From: Acidilobaceae archaeon
Lineage (GTDB): Archaea > Thermoproteota > Thermoprotei_A > Sulfolobales > Acidilobaceae
Assembly (NCBI GenBank): GCA_025058835.1
Contig: JANXEI010000001.1
Span: 42,311 to 106,310, forward strand
Direction of reading: 5' to 3'
Length of the DNA: 64,000 nt
The notes under the pieces were generated by a model. That model was not told the origin of the DNA, made no database searches, and saw nothing but the letters and a program-made list of their open reading frames with translations. Position numbers and translations under genes: made by a program. Each line of letters starts with the position of its first letter. The first letter of the stretch is position 1. Below, piece by piece: positions 17,597 through 23,370 of this stretch.

Positions 17597-18661
17597 TCAA
17601 CAGAGCCTGTACATCTTCACCTCCCTCTCCCCCTTCCGGACTATGTCGTAACAGATCTCCCCCCTCTCCTCCAGCTCCCTTGCAGCCTTGTAAACAGCCC
17701 TCAGGGTGAAGACAGGCCTCTCCTTCCAGATCTCGTAAGCGGTCTTCCTGCCCCCCTCAAGGGCTGAGAGCACCAGCCTCTTCACAGAGCTCCTCCCAGG
17801 CCTGAGAGCGGGCCTTACTGCCACAGTCACCACTGCTATCGCGTCGCCGAGGGAGGAGGCTACCGCGTAACCTATGGCCGCGAGGGGCTTCACGCGGAAC
17901 CCCTTGGCGGAGAGCTTGGTCAAGGTCTCGTACACCTCTTCCTCCCCCACCTTCTCCACCCTTACCGGCAAGCCCTCCAGGAGGGGCGGATCCCTCCCAC
18001 GGAGGCTCGCCCCCACCACCTGGTAAGGGCACTCCGCCCCTGCCCTCTCCAGGTCCCTCAGCCCTTTTAGGAGCGAGAGGGCCAGGAGGCCGCTCTTGGA
18101 GGGGGCTACGATGAAGCTCTCCCTCGCCCTCTGCTCGCAGATCTCCAGCGCTATTGTCTTCAGCCCCTCCACGCTCCAAGGGCTAGCATAATCTACACTT
18201 GGGGCCTGGCTCCTTGTGACAAGGCGGGCACGGGAGGTGAGGACAGCTAGGTCCTCTGCCTCGAGGGCAAGGGGGTCGGGGGCAATTACCTCCACCTCCG
18301 CTCCCTCCAGATACCTCACCAGCGACCGGGAGAAGTCGGGCTCGTAAAGGCTAGAGACCCTCTCCCAGCCCCTGCTGGCGACGTAGGAGGAGATGAGGGC
18401 AGATGCCCTATCTGCATAGGAGCCCGTGGGGTTGAACCTCTCGTTCTTCACCCTCACCCCGTCTACGGAGGTGAGGGGGGTAAGGCCCTCGCCGAGGGAG
18501 CGCCTTACGGGCAGGGAGGGGAGCATGCTCCAATAGCGCCATATGCCTTTCTCCTTCCTCTCTACTCTGAAGGCCACTTCCTCGAGGAGGACTGTGGCCA
18601 CAGCGCCGCACTTGGGGCACCTCTCCTCCTCTGTGGGGCCGTGCCTCAGGCACTCGTACAA
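17597..18661 (-). CDS. Threonine-synthase-like (fold-type II PLP) domain lacking the Schiff-base lysine, fused to a C-terminal winged-helix-like segment
   Basis: An N-terminal Cys pair (CPKC) is followed by GIWRYWSMLP, SLGEGLTPL and NPTGSYADR. The family signature is NPTGSFKDR; codon 18413-18415 is GCA = Ala. C-terminal tail: RLVLSALEGGRKTAYEIWKE...ELEERGEICYDIVRKGEREVKMYRL. Confidence 0.6.
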   Translation of the reverse strand: MYECLRHGPTEEERCPKCGAVATVLLEEVAFRVERKEKGIWRYWSMLPSLPVRRSLGEGLTPLTSVDGVRVKNERFNPTGSYADRASALISSYVASRGWERVSSLYEPDFSRSLVRYLEGAEVEVIAPDPLALEAEDLAVLTSRARLVTRSQAPSVDYASPWSVEGLKTIALEICEQRARESFIVAPSKSGLLALSLLKGLRDLERAGAECPYQVVGASLRGRDPPLLEGLPVRVEKVGEEEVYETLTKLSAKGFRVKPLAAIGYAVASSLGDAIAVVTVAVRPALRPGRSSVKRLVLSALEGGRKTAYEIWKERPVFTLRAVYKAARELEERGEICYDIVRKGEREVKMYRLC

Positions 18662-18710
18662 AGGTCCTCCAAATATATTTCCTCGCTAGAAAATATATAT
18701 TGGTGATAGG

Positions 18711-19124
18711 TTGCTCGTCTCAGAGCTCTTGAGGAGGGAGCCCGTTAAGGTAAGCCCCCTTCACTCGATCGCCGAGGCCTCGCGGGTCATGGTAGAGAAC
18801 AAGGTCGGGAGCGTGCTTGTGGTAGAGGGCGAGAGGCTGGTGGGCATATTCACCGAGAGGGACCTGCTCAGGGCCGTGGCGGCCGGCGCTCCCCTTGACT
18901 CGCCCGTGCAGGCATTCATGAGCAGGAACCTGATCACTGTATCGCCGAGGGACACAGTGTACAGGGCGATAGAGCTCATGACAACGCATAACATCCGCCA
19001 CCTGCCGGTAGTGGAGGGGGACAAGCTAGTTGGGGTGATATCGATAAGGGACGTGGCTGAGTGGATCAGGAGGTCCATGGCTGAGAGGATGGCAGAGGCT
19101 GAGATGGGTCACTTCGTGGGCTAA
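18711..19124 (+). CDS. CBS-domain pair protein
   Basis: 137 aa with two CBS repeats (VGSVLVVEGERLVGIFTERDLL ... HLPVVEGDKLVGVISIRDV). Confidence 0.85.
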   Translation: MLVSELLRREPVKVSPLHSIAEASRVMVENKVGSVLVVEGERLVGIFTERDLLRAVAAGAPLDSPVQAFMSRNLITVSPRDTVYRAIELMTTHNIRHLPVVEGDKLVGVISIRDVAEWIRRSMAERMAEAEMGHFVG

Positions 19125-19288
19125 CCTCGCGAGAGCCCACAGGTCGCAGAGCTGCTCCAGCTTTTCTCCGCCTCAGAGCCGTGAGGAAACTCAGACAGCT
19201 CGACCGAGTCTGTGCGCCCATCTGTGATCCTGAGCGCTGTATCGAACGGGAGGGCGCTGCAGGTAATATTTGCTGGAAGGAGGGCTAG

Positions 19289-19380
19289 TGCCGCCGCCGG
19301 GATTCGAACCCGGGACCTCCGGATTTCCCAGGCTGAGGCCGTATGAGTCCGGCGCTCTACCAAGGCTGAGCTACGGCGGC
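19289..19380 (-). tRNA. tRNA with CAT anticodon (elongator Met or Ile2) and a 17-nt canonical-position intron
   Basis: The reverse complement folds as GCCGCCG-TA-GCTC-AGCCTTGGTA-GAGC-G-CCGGA-CTCATA[intron]A-TCCGG-AGGTC-CCGGG-TTCGAAT-CCCGG-CGGCGGC-A. Confidence 0.85.
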
Positions 19381-19412
19381 CCCTAAGCTGAGGAGGAGGG
19401 GATCCTTATATT

Positions 19413-20504
19413 TTAGAAGGGCTCGTCCAGCCTGGGCTCTGCCCGCTCCCCCAGCCTCTCCAGCCCAGCGTAGAGCATCCTCAGCGCCTCCATCTCGCTC
19501 CTCGCCTGCCTAGGCGGGTGCTTGAAGTAGAAGGCAGAGGCCCAGTCCAGGCTCCCCCTGAGGCCGTGATCCATTGCCACCTTTGCCACCCTTATCGCAT
19601 CTACCAGCACTGCGGATGCCATGGCCTTGTCGTCTACCTTCAGCCTCACCTCCACCTCCACCTCGCTCCCTGCAAAGGCAAGGGCCTTCAGGTAGATGTG
19701 GGAGACCTTGGTGTTCCCCAGGAAGGGCACATAGCCGCTTGGGCCTGCATAGACCCTCTCCTCCCTCACCACCTCCTCGGGCCTCTCCTGCGTGCTCGCC
19801 ACAGCCATGGTTTTGCTCTCCTTCTTGCTAGCCAGCCTCTCCCAGGCCAGCATGTTCTTGAAGTCCGTGTTCCCCCCCACGTTCAGCTGGTAGGTCTCGA
19901 GGAGCCTAGCTCCTCTCCAGCGCACCAGGCTTGCCAGGGCCCTGTGGACTGCAGTGGCGCCCAGCTGGCCCTTTATGTCGTCCCCGAGCACTGGGGCGGG
20001 GGAGGGGAAGCCCTTGCTGGCTATGAAGACCGGGATGGCGTTCACCAGCGCTGCTCCAGCCTGCGCTGCTGCAGCAGCGTAAAACCTGGAGGCCTCCTCG
20101 CTCCCCACGGGGAGGAGGTTGAGCAGCACCTCCACCCCTGCGTCCTGCATCTCCCTAGCCAGCTGGGAGAGGGTGGGCTCCTCTGCCCTTGCGGGCCTGA
20201 AGTCCTCTACCATGTGGGGGGCCACGCCGTCCAGCACCTTCCCCATCCTCACCGTCACGCCCCTCGCTACGGGCGCGAACTTCCTCACGCTGTTAGGGAA
20301 GGCGAAGATGGCCTCTGAGAGGTCCCTCCCCACCTTCTCCCTGGAAACGTCCACGGCATAGACGAACCTGATGTGAGCAACCTCGTACTTGCCTATCTTC
20401 TCGTGTATCAAGCCCTCTGAGCTCCCCAGGCTCCTGTAATACTCTACGCTCTGCACAAGCATGGCAGCAACGTTCCCTACCCCCACTATGCCCACGTTGA
20501 TCAA
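19413..20504 (-). CDS. myo-Inositol-1-phosphate synthase (archaeal type)
   Basis: 363 aa with an N-terminal Rossmann motif MINVGIVGVGNVA and a GGNTDFKNM motif. Length and layout fit archaeal MIPS. Confidence 0.65.
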   Translation of the reverse strand: MINVGIVGVGNVAAMLVQSVEYYRSLGSSEGLIHEKIGKYEVAHIRFVYAVDVSREKVGRDLSEAIFAFPNSVRKFAPVARGVTVRMGKVLDGVAPHMVEDFRPARAEEPTLSQLAREMQDAGVEVLLNLLPVGSEEASRFYAAAAAQAGAALVNAIPVFIASKGFPSPAPVLGDDIKGQLGATAVHRALASLVRWRGARLLETYQLNVGGNTDFKNMLAWERLASKKESKTMAVASTQERPEEVVREERVYAGPSGYVPFLGNTKVSHIYLKALAFAGSEVEVEVRLKVDDKAMASAVLVDAIRVAKVAMDHGLRGSLDWASAFYFKHPPRQARSEMEALRMLYAGLERLGERAEPRLDEPF

Positions 20505-20574
20505 GGCTCTCTCCTATTTACGGCCGTGAATATTAAGCCTTTTAGCTTTTTATGGCTGTAAACATCGGGGCGCT

Positions 20575-20886
20575 ATGGAGACGAAGGCTCTGGAGAGGCT
20601 GAGGAGGAAGATCACGCTGGAGAACCTCTGGATGTACGTGGTGAAGATACTTGCAGAGGAGGGGCCGCTCAGGGGGTACGAGGTGAAGAAGAGGCTGGAG
20701 GAGCGCTACGGCATAAGGCCCGCCACGGTAACGGCTTACGTGGTGCTCTACAAGATGAGCAGGGAGGGGCTGATAGAGGCCGTGAGCCTCGGGGGGGACA
20801 CCCTCTATAGGCCCACGGAGAAGGGGCTCAGGGCCCTGGAGGAGGCGAGGAAGATACTGGAGTGGGCTAGCAAGAGCATCTCATGA
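20575..20886 (+). CDS. PadR-family winged-helix transcriptional regulator
   Basis: 103 aa with LWMYVVKILAEEGPLRGYEVKKRLEERYGIRPATVTAYVVLYKMSREGLIE, which is a typical PadR core. Confidence 0.75.
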   Translation: METKALERLRRKITLENLWMYVVKILAEEGPLRGYEVKKRLEERYGIRPATVTAYVVLYKMSREGLIEAVSLGGDTLYRPTEKGLRALEEARKILEWASKSIS

Positions 20887-20892
20887 AGCTTG

Positions 20893-20911
20893 TTTATAAA
20901 TATCTGTAGCA
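20893..20911 (+). promoter_or_regulatory. Promoter: TATA box TTTATAAA + 5 nt + GTAGCA (copy 1, upstream of the wHTH gene)
   Basis: Exact string tttataaa-tatct-gtagca at 20893-20911. The same architecture recurs at 21324 and 22042. Confidence 0.6.
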
Positions 20912-20968
20912 GATTATACATGAATTTATTACCACTGGAGGTGGGTGTAATCGGCGGGTGCACATTAT

Positions 20969-21316
20969 GTGACTTCCCGAAGTCAGGAAGGTCCTGTGAA
21001 AACATCAACCCGCGAGTGCGAGAACGACTCTCCGGAGAGGAGCCTCCTCCGCAGCCTGTTCCTCAGCCTGGAGGACGACCTCCGCATGTCGGTGCTGAGG
21101 GTCCTGACAGAGAATAGCGGCGACGGCCTCTCCTTGAGGGGACTGCAGCGAAGGCTCAGGGTGAACCACCAGCGCTTGGCGAGGGCTCTCGCAGCCCTCG
21201 AGATGGGTTCCCTGGTGGAGGTGTCGCCGATGAAGGTGGAGAGCAGGGTATACAGGATGTACAAGCTGAGCGATAACACGAGGGAGGTCCTCGAAAGCCT
21301 CTTCCGCTGCCGCTGA
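20969..21316 (+). CDS. Small winged-helix (ArsR/TrmB-like) DNA-binding protein
   Basis: 115 aa with MSVLRVLTENSGDGLSLRGLQRRLRVNHQRLARALAALEMGSLVEV, an HTH plus wing pattern. The true start may be an internal Met. Confidence 0.55.
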   Translation: MTSRSQEGPVKTSTRECENDSPERSLLRSLFLSLEDDLRMSVLRVLTENSGDGLSLRGLQRRLRVNHQRLARALAALEMGSLVEVSPMKVESRVYRMYKLSDNTREVLESLFRCR

Positions 21317-21323
21317 ACGCCTG

Positions 21324-21342
21324 TTTATAAACTTTTGTAGCA
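21324..21342 (+). promoter_or_regulatory. Promoter: TTTATAAA + 5 nt + GTAGCA (copy 2, upstream of secreted paralog 1)
   Basis: Exact string tttataaa-ctttt-gtagca at 21324-21342. Confidence 0.6.
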
Positions 21343-21425
21343 AGCGCTAATTCTCTTTCTTCTCTTCCCGTTACCCCTACTCACAAAAGGAAAAACGTAA
21401 CGGCTGCTCCCTTTCTCGTGAAGCG

Positions 21426-21965
21426 GTGAGAGCGTTGAGAAGGCTCACAGCAGACAGGAGAGTCCTTGCTGCCATAGCTCTGCTAGGCCTCCTGCTGGTA
21501 GGGCTGGGAGCATACGCCATCTTCCGCGAGGTTCTCAGGGCGCCCATCCAGGTGGAGACGGGTAGATTTGACTTCGACATTCAAAATGTAGAGATAGAGG
21601 AATTCGCTGGAAACCAGCCTGAGAACCCAAACATTGCCGAGTGTACCTACTCCATAGCGCCGAACGGCAAGATCGTGCAGATCAGCATATCCAACGCTTA
21701 CCCAGGGTACCGGTGCGAGATCACCCTAGTCTTCATCAACGACCCTGCGGAGAGCAGCATCCCTGGTAGGTTCGAGGCGAGGCAAGTCATAGGGAGCCCG
21801 GCTGACTGGCTAAGCATTACCTATCAAGACCCCGATCCAAACGTCATGATTGTCGAGGGTGGCACGGCCCAGGCAAAGATTATAATAGAGGTTACGGCTC
21901 AAGCTCCGGAAAACGGGAGCAGCAGCTTCACGGTTGATTACACGTTCCGCCAGTACCTGCCCTAA
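21426..21965 (+). CDS. Secreted protein, paralog 1, with TasA/camelysin-like (SipW-type signal plus beta-sandwich) features
   Basis: Signal anchor LLGLLLVGLGAYA then IFREVLRAPIQVETGRFDF, followed by NAYPGYRCEITLVFIND and C-terminal FRQYLP. Clearly paralogous to 22095..22661. Confidence 0.6.
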   Translation: MRALRRLTADRRVLAAIALLGLLLVGLGAYAIFREVLRAPIQVETGRFDFDIQNVEIEEFAGNQPENPNIAECTYSIAPNGKIVQISISNAYPGYRCEITLVFINDPAESSIPGRFEARQVIGSPADWLSITYQDPDPNVMIVEGGTAQAKIIIEVTAQAPENGSSSFTVDYTFRQYLP

Positions 21966-21996
21966 AGCCCTCCTCTAACGTCCCCCAAGCCCCTCC

Positions 21997-22004
21997 TTTT
22001 TCTT
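21997..22004 (+). terminator. Oligo-T stretch downstream of paralog 1 (archaeal-type terminator candidate)
   Basis: tttttctt lies 32 nt after the stop codon and before the next promoter copy. Confidence 0.35.
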
Positions 22005-22041
22005 GCATCTCCTTCAGCAACTCCCGAGAGCCCTCCAGCTC

Positions 22042-22060
22042 TTTATAAAGGCCCGTAGCA
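22042..22060 (+). promoter_or_regulatory. Promoter: TTTATAAA + 5 nt + GTAGCA (copy 3, upstream of secreted paralog 2)
   Basis: Exact string tttataaa-ggccc-gtagca at 22042-22060. Confidence 0.6.
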
Positions 22061-22094
22061 CCAGCTCCCAGAAGGATATATTAAAGTGTAGTGT

Positions 22095-22661
22095 ATGAGC
22101 GCAAAGACACTTCCCTATCTTCCTCCCCTTACTATGCGACCAGCCATGAAAGAGGTAAGAAACAAGAGGCTAGTCCTGGCAGGCCTGGTGGTGCTGGCCC
22201 TGCTCCTGGCAGGCACGGCAGCCATCGCCATTTTCCAAGAGACACTCAGGGCATTAATAAACGCGCAGACGGGTAACTTCGACATAGTGCTCGCGGGCTT
22301 CACAATGACGGTTGACAACGAGCCTCCAGATGGCCCAAACATCGCTAGCTGTTCAGCCTCGCTCAACAACAACAACCCTAGGGAGGTCTCAGTTCTGATA
22401 CAAAACGCATACCCAGGATACAGTTGTAAGGTCAGCATATTTGTGGTAAACACAGGTACCATTCATGCAAGGTTCGAGAATTACAATGTTGATCCCAGCA
22501 GTCCTGCCCTGTCAGTTGAGATTTTGCAAGCCCCTGCCGGTCCAATAGCTCCAAATAACCAGGCCCCGGTAGATTTTAAAATCACCGTAACGAACCAGGC
22601 GGTGGAGAACGCTCAGTACAGCGTCACCCTAAATCTCGTCTTCAGGCAGGCCCTACCATAG
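22095..22661 (+). CDS. Secreted protein, paralog 2, TasA/camelysin-like
   Basis: LALLLAGTAAIA then IFQETLRALINAQTGNFD, followed by NAYPGYSCKVSIFVVNTG and C-terminal FRQALP. The start may be an internal Met (MRPAMKEV). Confidence 0.6.
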   Translation: MSAKTLPYLPPLTMRPAMKEVRNKRLVLAGLVVLALLLAGTAAIAIFQETLRALINAQTGNFDIVLAGFTMTVDNEPPDGPNIASCSASLNNNNPREVSVLIQNAYPGYSCKVSIFVVNTGTIHARFENYNVDPSSPALSVEILQAPAGPIAPNNQAPVDFKITVTNQAVENAQYSVTLNLVFRQALP

Positions 22662-22688
22662 CAGCCTTAGCGGCATCTATAACCTCTC

Positions 22689-22694
22689 TTTTTT
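22689..22694 (+). terminator. Oligo-T stretch downstream of paralog 2
   Basis: tttttt lies 28 nt after the stop codon. Confidence 0.35.
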
Positions 22695-22784
22695 CCCTCC
22701 TCTTCTGCTTGTACTTATACCTCCTGTCGCGCTTGTCGCAGCTCCTTTTTACCATTGGAGCGTGAGCTTAGCTTGTGAGGAGAA

Positions 22785-23225
22785 ATGTCCCCCCCGAGAT
22801 TTGCGTTGGTACTGGCAGCAATGGCCCTCCTCTCCCTCCTCTCTGCCTCCCTCTTCCACGAGACCCTCTCAGCCTCCTTACAGGCCAGCATAGGCTACAT
22901 CAACGTTAGACTACAGAACGCCGTGGTGGTGGAGGGAGTAAACGTGTGCACCGTAACCGAGGTGAGCGACGAAATAGTCTATGTGGACGTGAACGGGCAG
23001 AGCGGTGATGAGTGCGTCATTGAAGTAGTCGCGCAAAACAGCGGCACCGTGCCTGCCCGGCTGAGCGGAGTGGATTCGGGCGTTGAAGAAGTTCAGGGCG
23101 AGAATGTGGAAGATGGGACTGTGCTCCCCGGTAGCTCTGGAACGGTGAAGTTCCGCCTGAAGTTCCTTCAAAACTATCAGGGTACAGTTGAGGCATTCCC
23201 CCAATTTGTCATGGGACCGCCGTAA
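22785..23225 (+). CDS. Secreted protein, divergent paralog 3 of the same family
   Basis: The signal LLSLLSA then SLFHETLSASLQASIGYINV parallels IF(R/Q)E(V/T)LRA...TG.F of paralogs 1 and 2. It also has DECVIEVVAQNSGTVPARL. Confidence 0.5.
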   Translation: MSPPRFALVLAAMALLSLLSASLFHETLSASLQASIGYINVRLQNAVVVEGVNVCTVTEVSDEIVYVDVNGQSGDECVIEVVAQNSGTVPARLSGVDSGVEEVQGENVEDGTVLPGSSGTVKFRLKFLQNYQGTVEAFPQFVMGPP

Positions 23226-23258
23226 GCATATAGGAGCTCCCCCTCTAACTTCAGCTGG

Positions 23259-23306
23259 ATGATGTGAGCCACAGCCCCGAGCGGTGAGGAGGGCTCGTGT
23301 TCCTGA
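23259..23306 (+). ncRNA. Candidate C/D-box sRNA
   Basis: ATGATGT (C) + 12 nt + CGAG (weak D') + 2 nt + GTGAGGA (weak C') + 12 nt + CTGA (D). Both guide spacers are 12 nt. The D' and C' boxes are imperfect and no terminal stem was seen. Confidence 0.25.
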
Positions 23307-23370
23307 CAATAATACTTTCGTAAGACTGCCTCCTCCCTTGCTTAGTGCCCCCAGCCCCTAGCTCCTGCCG

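Noticed and set aside
19170-19195. A second AGGAAACT-containing sequence (CCGTGAGGAAACTCAGAC) lies near tRNA-Met. I considered it as another ORB.
   Set aside because: It shares only the AGGAAACT core and lacks the flanking CCA and G-string. It is 18 kb from orc1/cdc6 and not paired with an AT-rich element.
19121-19363. This is an 80-aa ORF on the minus strand.
   Set aside because: It overlaps most of the intron-containing tRNA(CAT) on the same strand, so it is an artefact of the tRNA sequence being open.
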